64,000 nt of DNA, taken from NCBI GenBank assembly GCA_963801165.1, contig CAWDDT010000006.1:224001-288000 (forward strand), written 5' to 3'. Shown one piece after another: positions 1 through 9,443 of this stretch. A model generated the notes under the pieces. The model had not been told where the DNA came from and ran no database searches. It was given only the letters and a program-made list of their open reading frames with translations. The translations under genes and the position numbers were made by a program. The stretch's first letter is position 1. Every line of letters starts with the position of its first letter. The DNA is from an uncultured bacterium. Lineage in GTDB: Bacteria > Actinomycetota > Acidimicrobiia > Spongiisociales > UBA5794.

Positions 1-283
1 GAGGCATCCCGTTGCCGTCCACCGCCCCAGCACCCACGGCGGTGACAACGCCGGCAAACTCGTGGCCGAGGATCGCCGGCCCGTCGAGAGTTGTGTCCCC
101 CACCCGCCCGTCGGCATACGTGTGCAGATCCGACCCGCAGACGCCGACCGCGGTGACCTTCACTACAGCCTCCCCCGGACCGGGGGTCCCGGGCCGTGGG
201 ACGTCTTCTACCCGCATTTCTCCCGGACCGTAGATCCGGGCAGCTCGCTGCGTGAGTGCTTGCGTAGGGGTTTGCTCGGCCAC
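1..283 (-). CDS. Zinc-dependent alcohol/polyol dehydrogenase (MDR family), N-terminal part, runs off the window edge
   Basis: Hand translation from GTG at 283 (not in the ORF track): ...[14 protein letters not shown]...[10 protein letters not shown], the catalytic Zn motifs of MDR enzymes. Confidence 0.85.
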   Translation of the reverse strand, partial: MAEQTPTQALTQRAARIYGPGEMRVEDVPRPGTPGPGEAVVKVTAVGVCGSDLHTYADGRVGDTTLDGPAILGHEFAGVVTAVGAGAVDGNGMP

Positions 284-344
284 GCCCGCATGATACGTAC
301 TCGCGGGCGCCGACCCGCTGCAGCCGGCTCGTACGCTAATCCCC

Positions 345-375
345 TTGACTCTGCCCCAGGGGCAGGGTTCATAAT
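345..375 (+). promoter_or_regulatory. MerR-type promoter/operator
   Basis: TTGACT (345-350), 19-bp spacer, CATAAT (370-375). The spacer holds the perfect dyad CTGCCCC-A-GGGGCAG (351-365). The ATG is 8 nt after the -10 box. Confidence 0.85.
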
Positions 376-383
376 CGCCCCCT

Positions 384-1409
384 ATGAGCGACGCGACGTA
401 CACGATCGGCGAATTCTCCCGGCTGACCGGTCTCACGGAGAAGGCTCTTCGCCTCTACGACAGCCGCAGGCTCCTCGCACCCGTCGAGGTGGATACCGGT
501 ACCGGGTACCGGCGCTACTCGAAAGCCCAAATCGCCGATGCCCGAATGGTCGCAATGCTGCGTGCGATTGACATGCCGCTCGCCGAGATCGCCGACGTGT
601 TGGCTGCACCCGGGCCTGATCGCTCCGCAGTTGTGCGCCGGTACTGGTACCGCCTCGAGCGTGTCCTAGACACACGGCGCCGGATCGTTCGTCGTCTCCA
701 CCACCACAACGAGGAAGAGGAGTACGGGATGAGCTACACCGATAGCGCAATTGCCGCGGGTCGCAGCGAAGGGGCGTTTGCGGCGATTGCCCAACTGGCC
801 ACGCTCGACGACGCGGGTGAGGCCGCAAACGCCTATGGCGAGGCGATGAAGACCGCTTATTGGGACGAGAAGGACCTACCGCTGGTGACCGCGCTGGCCT
901 ACGCAGGGGTGGATCACCTGCTGGCGCTGGCGCGGCGGAGCACCGGCGACGCCGCCGATGAGGCCCGTTCGGTTGCCAAGGCCATGATGTACAACCTGGC
1001 CTCGTTCACATGGACGGGCTGGGACGAGCCGGGGATCGAGATCGGCCCGTCTGAGGCAGCCGCCGGCCTCGCCGCAGCTCGCACCAACCTGGCGATGGCC
1101 ATCGACATGGACAAGGGGGACCTTGCGATCTCTCGTGGCCACTGGATGCTCGGGGCTCATCAGTTGACGGCCGGCAGGCACACCGAGGCCATCGCCTGTT
1201 TTGCAGCCGCCGCGGACTTCGCTACTCGTGCCGGCGCCGAGCCCGAGGCCGAGCTGTCCCGAGCGTTCGGAGCACTAACGGCGCTCGCCGAAGGACGCCC
1301 GGGCGCCGAGAAGACGTTGGACGCGGCGGTCGCTGCGCTCGGCGCCGCCGAGGGTGGAAGCGACTTCGTAGGGCAGATCGAGACGGCGAGAGCGGTGATA
1401 GGCCTGTAG
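384..1409 (+). CDS. MerR-family transcriptional regulator with helical C-terminal domain
   Basis: N-terminal [21 protein letters not shown]...TGYRRYS MerR HTH. Confidence 0.9.
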   Translation: MSDATYTIGEFSRLTGLTEKALRLYDSRRLLAPVEVDTGTGYRRYSKAQIADARMVAMLRAIDMPLAEIADVLAAPGPDRSAVVRRYWYRLERVLDTRRRIVRRLHHHNEEEEYGMSYTDSAIAAGRSEGAFAAIAQLATLDDAGEAANAYGEAMKTAYWDEKDLPLVTALAYAGVDHLLALARRSTGDAADEARSVAKAMMYNLASFTWTGWDEPGIEIGPSEAAAGLAAARTNLAMAIDMDKGDLAISRGHWMLGAHQLTAGRHTEAIACFAAAADFATRAGAEPEAELSRAFGALTALAEGRPGAEKTLDAAVAALGAAEGGSDFVGQIETARAVIGL

Positions 1410-1418
1410 ATGTCGCCA

Positions 1419-1951
1419 TCACCACACGTCGCCGCTCCTGACGTCGCAGATGATCGTTCCCGCCAGGGTGACGTTCTGTGACGCTCCGAAGCGGAGCACC
1501 ATGATCGCGTCGTCATCGTCGGGTGTGCGCGCAAGCTCCCCTGCCACCCTGACACATGTCCGGCCGGTCCACCGCTCCCACCCCAGACGCTCATAGAAAT
1601 GATGCTGTCCCGTTGATAGCGCGCCGAGGACGAAGTGATCCTGGATCAAGCTCCCCACGTCTTCCATCACCATCGTCCCGATGCCCGCCCCTGGACCTCG
1701 GGCAACACGGCCACTCCTTCGACATATCCCGCGCCCAACTCGCTGCCACCGAGCCACAGCGAGCGGGGGACGACCGCGGCGTGGGCAACGGTGATACCGT
1801 CGATCACCGCGAGCACGTGCCGGCCACCCAGACAATGCGACCAGTCCTCATCGGTGAACTCGCCGCCGAAGGCCTCGTCGAGCATCGCCCGGACGGCGCG
1901 CCGTTCCGGTTCGCTCAGCTCGGTCGTAGAAAGAGTCCGCACCGCCACCAT
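1419..1951 (-). pseudogene. Aminoglycoside 2'-N-acetyltransferase AAC(2')-I-like GNAT, frameshifted near 1685
   Basis: N-half (AFGGEFTDEDWSHCLGGRH...GYVEGVAV) and C-half (LGALS...FYERLGWERW...CDVRSGDVW) are in different frames. One extra G would restore QGRGIG. Confidence 0.8.
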
Positions 1952-2009
1952 CTGCCCCAGCGTATCCACTACCGACCATTGACGGAAGTGGGGTAACGTC
2001 ACTGCCCAA

Positions 2010-2555
2010 ATGACCATGAGACGCTACGTTGCACTGCTGCGCGGCATCAACGTCGGAGGCCGCAACAAGGTGGCTATGGCGGATCTGCGTGAGGCTTTCG
2101 CAATCCACGGCTTTGCCGCGGTAGCCACCTACATTCAATCGGGCAACGTCCTGTTCGAGTCTGCGGCGCCGCCGCGATCGCTCGAGGCAGCCATCGAGGC
2201 CATGCTGGCAGAGGAGCTCAGCATCCAGATCATGGTGGTGGTCCGATCCCGGGATCAGATGAGTAGCGTCGTCGGCCATGCGCCCGCCGGCTACGGGTCG
2301 CAGCCCGACCGGTACCACTCGGACGCGGTGTTCCTCAAGCCTCCGCTCACGCCGGCGCATCTGATGACGCTGGTCGAGTTGCGTGACGGCGTCGACCGCG
2401 CCTGGCCGGGAAGCGGGATGGTCTACTTCCAGCGCTTGAGCGCACGGCGCTCGCAGAGCCGTCTCAGCCGGATCATGGGCACATCGGAGTACGCAAACAT
2501 GACTATCCGGAGCTGGCGAACCACCCTCGAGCTGCTGAAACGCCTGGAGGGTTGA
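2010..2555 (+). CDS. DUF1697 domain protein
   Basis: YVALLRGINVGGRNKVAMADLR...VATYIQSGNV...TIRSW signature. Confidence 0.9.
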   Translation: MTMRRYVALLRGINVGGRNKVAMADLREAFAIHGFAAVATYIQSGNVLFESAAPPRSLEAAIEAMLAEELSIQIMVVVRSRDQMSSVVGHAPAGYGSQPDRYHSDAVFLKPPLTPAHLMTLVELRDGVDRAWPGSGMVYFQRLSARRSQSRLSRIMGTSEYANMTIRSWRTTLELLKRLEG

Positions 2556-3496
2556 CGGTGGACATCCGCGAGCACGATGACGTCGATCCGTTGCAAGTCC
2601 TTGATCTGAACCTCCTGTGTCTCGGCCATGCACTCACCCCGGAGCGCGTCCGCCTGATCCGCAACCGTGATCGCCGCCCTTTCCCGTTCTTCGGGGTCTA
2701 CGCCCTTGCAGACGGCGTAGTTGCGGGCCAGGTCGCCGTGTATCGCCTCCCTGCCATAACAGACAACGGCCCTGAAGATGTCGGCGGTATCTCCGCGGTG
2801 TGCACGCACCCCGCGTTCAGTGGCCGGGGCGTTGCGACTCGACTGATCGCCGAGGCTCACTCTCGGATGGTCGACGCTGGGCTCCGATTCTCCACTCTCG
2901 GTACCAACGGTCATCGCGGTGCCCATCGACTCTATCTGAGCCTGGGGTACGAGGACGTTTTCGTTGCGAGCTCGATGCTCATCTCCCCGGGACAGACGCA
3001 TTCTGCCGTCGCCGTTGAGTCCGCCGGGCCGGGAGATCTTGCAATCGCCGACGAGCTGTTCCGGCGGGCGGCCGTCACCAGGCTAGGTTTCGCCCGACGC
3101 CAGGATGGCTTCTTCGCGATGATGGTCGATACAGGCGAGATCGGTCCCAGCGAGATGTGGCTGCTTCGTTCCGGTGCCGATCACATCGGGTATGCACACG
3201 CTCGCCTCGTAGGTGAGGTCGTGTTGGTTCGTAACCTCACGGTCCTCGACGCGTCTACTGCGCCGGCAGCCGCAACTGCTCTGCTCGCCGCGTTGGGCGG
3301 TTCGTACCTCCAGCTGAGGATCGATCATCCGCACGTCGCAGAGCGACTTCGGCACGATGGCCAACGAGATCAGGTTCCTACCTGGAACCGCTTCATGGTC
3401 AAGCCCCTAGCCGCGGGGGTCACCGTCGCCTCTGCCCGGGAGCTGTTCGGGATCGGCACCGATCGGTTCCTCATCTCTCACCTCGACGTCACTTGA
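2552..3496 (+). CDS. GNAT N-acetyltransferase (Eis-like architecture)
   Basis: GISAVCTHPAFSGRGVATRL acetyl-CoA motif. Start overlaps the upstream stop. Confidence 0.8.
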   Translation: MTVDIREHDDVDPLQVLDLNLLCLGHALTPERVRLIRNRDRRPFPFFGVYALADGVVAGQVAVYRLPAITDNGPEDVGGISAVCTHPAFSGRGVATRLIAEAHSRMVDAGLRFSTLGTNGHRGAHRLYLSLGYEDVFVASSMLISPGQTHSAVAVESAGPGDLAIADELFRRAAVTRLGFARRQDGFFAMMVDTGEIGPSEMWLLRSGADHIGYAHARLVGEVVLVRNLTVLDASTAPAAATALLAALGGSYLQLRIDHPHVAERLRHDGQRDQVPTWNRFMVKPLAAGVTVASARELFGIGTDRFLISHLDVT

Positions 3497-3545
3497 CCCC
3501 GGCGTAGTCCCTAGGTCGCCGGCCGACACCCGTATGGCGCTCGGC

Positions 3546-3974
3546 TCATGCGGATGGCGGCCACCCGGGGTGACCCGCCAGCCACTCCGTTGCGAGACGT
3601 TTCGGTGCCCGGGCCAGCCAAGCGTCGGCGACAACCTCGGCCAGCTCGTCGATTCCGAGCTCTCCTATGTTGCTGCCCCTGACGAGCACGGCCGGGTAGC
3701 CATTGAAGTGCTCTGTCGTGAAGAATGGTGTCGCCGTGTCCGAAACCAATGCCCGTTTGTCGTCTTCGGACTCGACCCAGAAGACGATCACGTCGGTGTA
3801 GCGTTCTCCGGTCTCCGGATCCACTGCATCGGGCCGCGGGTTACGGAAGAAGACAAAGCTCTTCTTGCGCACCTGGTAGACGGGGTTCCCGGTGCTTCCC
3901 TCGACCATCGTCGCCCCCGGCATGGCTGCCGCGAGCCGGTGAATGTCCTCGACGGTTGCGGGGCGTGAACTCAC
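3546..3974 (-). CDS. MmcQ/YjbR family DNA-binding protein
   Basis: VYQVRKKSF...FFTTEHFNGYPAVLV...DAWLARAPKRL. Confidence 0.85.
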   Translation of the reverse strand: MSSRPATVEDIHRLAAAMPGATMVEGSTGNPVYQVRKKSFVFFRNPRPDAVDPETGERYTDVIVFWVESEDDKRALVSDTATPFFTTEHFNGYPAVLVRGSNIGELGIDELAEVVADAWLARAPKRLATEWLAGHPGWPPSA

Positions 3975-4025
3975 GGTCCAAAATGTACCCGGTTAGCCAA
4001 TTCGCCGGATGCCACCAGGGATCCA

Positions 4026-4628
4026 TCACCTGTCTTCGATGACCCGATCATCGCGATGCCTTGCCAGGTACCGTGTATAGCGGTTCATGATCTCGGTCAT
4101 CATGTCGGGTGCCCGTTCGACACCAAATACCTCGCCGGGAAAGTCGAGCTGTTGCTGGATTGCCCAAATCGCATCGTGGTCGTTGGGGGGCAGAACTTGC
4201 GCAGGGTCCCCGACCGCGACCCAGCCGATGGGAACGGTTGCACCGCTCGGCAACACTGTCTTCAGGTGCACGGTTCCGTTGATCCGGACCTCTGCTCGCT
4301 TGCCGATGCGGGCACCGTTGAAGATGGCGACACCCGTCGCCAGGAAGACCTCATCCTCGACCGTACATCCACTCAGGTAGGCGCGGGGGCCGACGAGGAC
4401 CCGATCGCCGAGGGCCAAGGGGTGTCGCCCGGTCCCGCGCAGCACCGCGTTCTCCATGACGACACAGCGGGAACCGATATGAACCGGACCGCCGTCTGCG
4501 GTGATGACTGCGCCGTACAGCACCCTCGTATCAGCGCCGATGGTCACGTCACCGGCGACCGTGGCGTTTGGTGCGACCCAGGCAGACGGATCGATCTGCG
4601 GTGTCCGACCGGCGTGTTCGACGAGCAT
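4026..4628 (-). CDS. Gamma carbonic anhydrase-like hexapeptide-repeat protein
   Basis: PQIDPSAWVAPNATVAGDVTIG, left-handed beta-helix repeats. Confidence 0.85.
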   Translation of the reverse strand: MLVEHAGRTPQIDPSAWVAPNATVAGDVTIGADTRVLYGAVITADGGPVHIGSRCVVMENAVLRGTGRHPLALGDRVLVGPRAYLSGCTVEDEVFLATGVAIFNGARIGKRAEVRINGTVHLKTVLPSGATVPIGWVAVGDPAQVLPPNDHDAIWAIQQQLDFPGEVFGVERAPDMMTEIMNRYTRYLARHRDDRVIEDR

Positions 4629-4661
4629 CCCGCAACGATACCGGTCGTGAACCGAGCCCCG

Positions 4662-5333
4662 CTAGCCCTCGAGGACAAAGGAGAGAACGCCCTCGAGCGC
4701 CCGGGGAACACGGTCCAACGGGATGGCCTCCACGAGAAGCTTCGCATAGCGCAGCTTGCGCCGGGCGCCGGCGCTCACAAACCGCCGTAGCTGCGCCTCG
4801 GTGTCTCTGCCTCGCCACGCCGGCTGTGCTTGGAGGGTGCGGAACGAGCCCAGATCCCCCTGGGTTTCCATGATGCTCTCGGTGAGGTAGGCGCCGACCG
4901 CCCGGATCAGCTCGTCCTCGAGATCCTCGACGCACACGAAGAAGCCGAGACGCTCCATATCTGCACGGGTAACGGGAGAGCCCAACCCGCTCCTCGTCAA
5001 ACCTCGCCGGAACACCGTTTCCTCAGCCTCATCGCACATGCCCGACAGCCGTAGGTCGGCGCCGCGCGGACCAAAGCGCTCCAAGAACGCGGTCACCCCA
5101 TGGGCACCTCCGACGGGCACCACGACAACGGCTGCCTCGTCGAGGTCTCGACCCGACCGAATCGCGAGTGTCTCGACCGCGATCTGATCGCTGATTCCCT
5201 CGACGAGAACTACCCCCTGCGCATCACCGACCCGGAGCAACGCCCGGCGTGTCGCCTCGGTCGCCGCCGCCGGGCCGCTCACATAACCCGCGAGGACCTC
5301 CTGGGCCAGCCTGTGCCGCTCCCCCGCTTCCAT
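4662..5333 (-). CDS. Stand-alone OLD-family TOPRIM domain protein
   Basis: VVLVEGISDQ...PVGGA...CDEAE...DLEDEL. ATG at 5333 preceded by GGAGG. Confidence 0.75.
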   Translation of the reverse strand: MEAGERHRLAQEVLAGYVSGPAAATEATRRALLRVGDAQGVVLVEGISDQIAVETLAIRSGRDLDEAAVVVVPVGGAHGVTAFLERFGPRGADLRLSGMCDEAEETVFRRGLTRSGLGSPVTRADMERLGFFVCVEDLEDELIRAVGAYLTESIMETQGDLGSFRTLQAQPAWRGRDTEAQLRRFVSAGARRKLRYAKLLVEAIPLDRVPRALEGVLSFVLEG

Positions 5334-5343
5334 CAACCCTCCA

Positions 5344-5751
5344 TCACGACAACACGCTCCTCGCCACGGCCCCCGCCCAGGTCCGCACCGTAGCCCGATA
5401 CGAAGCCGCACTCGAGAAGTCGACAGCCGCGATCGACGGCAAATCGGACAGACGTGTAGCCGAACCGCCACGACGCCGCACCCGCACCCGCCCACCGAAC
5501 CGGTCTCGCAGAGAGGCGGTAGCACCCGCAGATGGCATCGTTGCGATGTGCTCGAGCATCATGGTCGCGACCGCGGCAGCCGCCTCGCTCTCGTAGTGGC
5601 CGTGCTGGAGGCCGTACGCAGGCACGCTGAGGTGATGAACCGCAAAGAACTCGGGATCGCTGAACTCGCATGCCAGACACCGATCGAAGATCTCTGCACA
5701 ACCGGCGACGCCGCACCATTCACATGCCGGGTCCTGCCGCTTGCTACTCAT
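5344..5751 (-). CDS. Hypothetical protein (DUF5946-like)
   Basis: C-x-x-C N-terminus, HHLSVPAYGLQH, VRTWAGAV. Fits the minus-strand run. Confidence 0.6.
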   Translation of the reverse strand: MSSKRQDPACEWCGVAGCAEIFDRCLACEFSDPEFFAVHHLSVPAYGLQHGHYESEAAAAVATMMLEHIATMPSAGATASLRDRFGGRVRVRRRGGSATRLSDLPSIAAVDFSSAASYRATVRTWAGAVARSVLS

Positions 5752-5814
5752 GGGACGTAATCATGCCACCCGGAAGTATCGAGGATGACGGGCGTGAGCC
5801 GAAGGGCCAGAGTG

Positions 5815-6105
5815 TCAGGGAAGACCGATACCGCCCACCGGCTCGGTTGTCGCTCTCATTTCGAAACCGGCGATCAACGGACGGCCCACGGCGATGGCTT
5901 CCTTGACTTCGGAGAGCTCCAGCGACGCTAAATGGGCGGCGGCCGACTCCCAGATCTCGGTCACCCAGATGGCATCGTCGTCGGCCCGGTCGCGAGCCAC
6001 GATGTACTGCAGGCAGCCGGGCATGGAGCCGCTCTGTGTCAACTGTGCGATCAGCTCTTCCCGCCGCCCCGGCACACATCTCATCTTCCCGACAACCCCG
6101 TACAC
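5815..6105 (-). CDS. Antibiotic biosynthesis monooxygenase (ABM) family
   Basis: PGCLQYIVARD...IWVTEIWESAAAHLASL. Confidence 0.85.
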   Translation of the reverse strand: MYGVVGKMRCVPGRREELIAQLTQSGSMPGCLQYIVARDRADDDAIWVTEIWESAAAHLASLELSEVKEAIAVGRPLIAGFEMRATTEPVGGIGLP

Positions 6106-6137
6106 CCGACCTCGCCTCCTTCGTCGACCCGTCGATC

Positions 6138-7265
6138 CTAGGTCGGCGCCGACTGCACGGTGGGCGGAAGATGCTCGCGTCCCTCCTGCACGCCCATGAC
6201 GATCGCGCCTGCAACAGTGAGACCGATGCCCGCTACCGCCGCCAGGCCCACATACGCCGCCGCGTCGGCGAAGCCACCACCGATGGCAGGCGCAATGGCC
6301 CGCCCGATCGCCATCATGCCCTGGGCGTCACCGGCACGCTCCCCCGGTGCCAGCGACCGTTCCGCCATCATTTGCAGCACTCCCGGGATCCCCATCCACC
6401 AGGCGAAGCCCCACCACGTCATCCCGAAGAAGAACAACACCGGCGTGCCTCCTCCGATCGTGAGGAACGCCGCCGGCCCGGCGCTGGCAAGCCACCAGCC
6501 CGGCCGCCGATGACGGTTGGCCAGCCGGGCCCCCAGCAGCCCACCCGCCGCATTCAGGCTGAAACCCCACGAGGCGGCCACCGGGCTGATAGCAAGCAGT
6601 TCCCGCGCTGCAACCGCGGCGAAGACAAACAAGCTCGCCCCGGATAGAGCAAGAAGGAAGAGAGCTCCGAGCAACACAAGGTTCGACCGGGAGCGGCTCA
6701 CGACCCTCTTTCCCGGCTTGCCGAGCGATGTTCGCAACTTCGCCGCGGCGGCGGGAACCGCAACAACGGCCAGGGTCAGATACACCGCCCGGTCGCCGAA
6801 CTGGGCTATGGCCGCCAGCACGGGGGCACCAATGAGCGCGATCAGGGGTCCGATCGCCGAGATCGACGCAAGCGAACGGGGGCTGCTCATCGCATCCAGC
6901 CACATGATCCAGGTGAGGACTCCGGCGGCCCCGCCCGCAACACCACGCACCAGGATCAGCAGCAGGAAGCTAGACAGGAACGTACTCGTCAGATTTGCGA
7001 CCACGAGTACCACCGCTGCGCCTTGCAACACCCTGCCGCTCGGTGCCACCAGCCGGGGCAACACAAGGGTCGCTACCGCAAAGACACCCACCTGTGCGAT
7101 CGAAATCGATGCGGCGAACCCCTCAGTGACGCCATAGCGTTCGGCGATGGCGGGGAGGAGGAACGGCGTCGCCCCGAACATCAGTGCGGTGGCAAGCGCG
7201 GCAAGCAACAGTGGGAGTGGGGCTCCGGGTCGGATCGCATACAGAGACCGGGTTGGGCCGAGCAT
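6138..7265 (-). CDS. MFS transporter
   Basis: About 12 hydrophobic segments. Start chosen at ATG 7265. Confidence 0.8.
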   Translation of the reverse strand: MLGPTRSLYAIRPGAPLPLLLAALATALMFGATPFLLPAIAERYGVTEGFAASISIAQVGVFAVATLVLPRLVAPSGRVLQGAAVVLVVANLTSTFLSSFLLLILVRGVAGGAAGVLTWIMWLDAMSSPRSLASISAIGPLIALIGAPVLAAIAQFGDRAVYLTLAVVAVPAAAAKLRTSLGKPGKRVVSRSRSNLVLLGALFLLALSGASLFVFAAVAARELLAISPVAASWGFSLNAAGGLLGARLANRHRRPGWWLASAGPAAFLTIGGGTPVLFFFGMTWWGFAWWMGIPGVLQMMAERSLAPGERAGDAQGMMAIGRAIAPAIGGGFADAAAYVGLAAVAGIGLTVAGAIVMGVQEGREHLPPTVQSAPT

Positions 7266-7343
7266 CGGCCGATTATCGCAGCCGGTTGGGCTGATCAGTC
7301 TTGATCCGCGATAGTGTTCCCCCGCACGCGGAAAGGGAGAGCA

Positions 7344-9248
7344 ATGTCGGCACACGATGAGAAGGCTGCAGGTCGGTCCGGAAAGGCCCGTGCCGCGCTG
7401 GCTCTCGGTGCCCTCGGCATTGTTTACGGGGACATCGGAACCAGCCCCCTGTATGCGATGCGTGAGTCTTTCGAGGGACATGGCATCGCCGTGGTCCGCG
7501 AGAACATCCTCGGTGTGCTGTCCCTGATCTTCTGGTCGTTGATGATCGTGATCTCGATCAAGTATGTGGTGTTCGTGATGCGGGCAGACAACAAGGGCGA
7601 AGGTGGGATCCTGGCGTTGACGTCATTGATCAAGCCTGCCGGCGCTGATGACGGCGATCGGACCAAGCGTGTTCGCTGGATGCTGGTCCTCGTCGGTCTC
7701 TTCGGCACTGCCCTTCTGTACGGTGACGGGATGATCACACCGGCTATTTCCGTCCTGTCCGCAGTCGAGGGGATCCACGTCGCCACCCCGGCGTTGCAGC
7801 CCTATGCCGTCCCGGTGTCCATCGTCATCCTCGTCGGTCTCTTCGCCATACAGCACCGCGGGACCGGCACGATCGGGGCGCTGTTCGGGCCGATAATGGT
7901 GGTGTGGTTCGCCACTCTCGCCGGGCTGGGCATTGCGCACATCGTTGGCGAACCCGGTGTCCTGGCCGCGATCAACCCGGCGCACGCCCTCAGCTACTTC
8001 CGCGACAACGGAATCGATGGGTTCCTGTCGCTCGGCTCGATCTTTCTGGTGGTAACCGGTAGCGAAGCGCTATACGCCGACATGGGGCATTTCGGCAAAC
8101 GCCCGATCCAAACGAGCTGGTTCGTTTTGGTGCTACCCGCTCTCACCTTGCACTACTTCGGGCAGGGCGCCCTCCTCATAGGCGATCCCGGCGCCATCGA
8201 TAACCCGTTCTACCGCATGGCGCCCACCTGGGCACTTTGGCCGATGCTGATCCTCGCCACGGTCGCCACCGTCATCGCCTCCCAAGCCCTCATCTCAGGG
8301 GCGTTCTCGCTCACCATGCAGGCTGTTCAGCTCGGCTACCTCCCCCGAACCCGGATCCTGCACACCTCAGAGACCGAGTCGGGCCAGGTCTATATCCCGA
8401 CAGTGAACTGGGTGCTGATGCTGGCCTGCGTGGGTCTGGTCGCCGGCTTCCGCTCCTCGAGCGGTCTGGCGGCGGCATATGGGATCGCTGTTGCCATGAC
8501 GATGGTGATCACGACCGTGCTCTTTTTCACCGTTACGAGGGACAGGTGGCATTGGTCATTAGCGCGGTCAGGTGTGATCGCCGGGCTCATCCTCATCGTC
8601 GACCTGTCCTACTTTGGAGCCAACCTCTTCAAGATCCCCCATGGTGGCTGGTTCCCGATTGTCATCGGGCTGGCCATATTCGTGTTGATGACGACGTGGA
8701 AGCGTGGACGAGAGCTTCTCCAGTATCACCTCAACGTCGGCCAGCTACCGCTGGAGCGATTCATCCACAACATCACGGAGAGCTCCCCAACGCGGGTGCA
8801 CGGCGAGGCCGTATACATGTCGAGCCTGAAGGGAAGCACCCCTCCTGCGCTTCTCGCCAACTTCCGTCACAACGAGACGCTCCACGACGACATCGCCATA
8901 GTCACCGTCAGCATCCAAACCGTGCCCACCGTACCGGGAGCGCGCCGGGCCACTGTCGAGAACCTCGGCGCCGGGTTCCACCAGGTGACCCTCACCTACG
9001 GATACATGGAACAACCAGATGTGCCCAACGCGCTCCGCAACATCGTGGCCAAAGGGTTCGGCATCGATGCCGACTCTGCAAGCTATGTGCTGGGCCGGGA
9101 GACCGTCCTGGCAACCGACATCCCGGGCATGGCCCTGTGGCGGGAACGACTCTTCTCGCTGATGGCCAGAAACGCGACCAACGCGGCGCGCTACTTCCGG
9201 CTTCCGCCGAGCCAATGTCTCGAGGTCGGGCTTCAGGTGGAGATCTGA
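7344..9248 (+). CDS. kup: KUP/HAK/KT potassium transporter
   Basis: LGIVYGDIGTSPLY, RADNKGEGGILAL, GDGMITPAISVLSAVEG, EALYADMGHFG. Confidence 0.97.
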   Translation: MSAHDEKAAGRSGKARAALALGALGIVYGDIGTSPLYAMRESFEGHGIAVVRENILGVLSLIFWSLMIVISIKYVVFVMRADNKGEGGILALTSLIKPAGADDGDRTKRVRWMLVLVGLFGTALLYGDGMITPAISVLSAVEGIHVATPALQPYAVPVSIVILVGLFAIQHRGTGTIGALFGPIMVVWFATLAGLGIAHIVGEPGVLAAINPAHALSYFRDNGIDGFLSLGSIFLVVTGSEALYADMGHFGKRPIQTSWFVLVLPALTLHYFGQGALLIGDPGAIDNPFYRMAPTWALWPMLILATVATVIASQALISGAFSLTMQAVQLGYLPRTRILHTSETESGQVYIPTVNWVLMLACVGLVAGFRSSSGLAAAYGIAVAMTMVITTVLFFTVTRDRWHWSLARSGVIAGLILIVDLSYFGANLFKIPHGGWFPIVIGLAIFVLMTTWKRGRELLQYHLNVGQLPLERFIHNITESSPTRVHGEAVYMSSLKGSTPPALLANFRHNETLHDDIAIVTVSIQTVPTVPGARRATVENLGAGFHQVTLTYGYMEQPDVPNALRNIVAKGFGIDADSASYVLGRETVLATDIPGMALWRERLFSLMARNATNAARYFRLPPSQCLEVGLQVEI

Positions 9249-9279
9249 TTCTGCCCTCTTTGAATCCCGTCCTGCGGAC

Positions 9280-9308
9280 CGAAACGTCTCGCATGCGGGG
9301 ACGTTTCG
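9280..9308 (+). terminator. Stem-loop downstream of kup (possible intrinsic terminator, no U-tract)
   Basis: CGAAACGTC ... GACGTTTCG 9-bp perfect arms. Confidence 0.45.
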
Positions 9309-9443
9309 ACGACGACTGCTCACTCCAGATACTGAGACCGGTGGGTGGAAGACGGATGTGACCGGTGCAGAATTGCCCCTTCGCAACACCCCGTCCTTGG
9401 GTAGATTCGGAGAGGCACCATCGTCTTTCGGAAGGGGATACTG

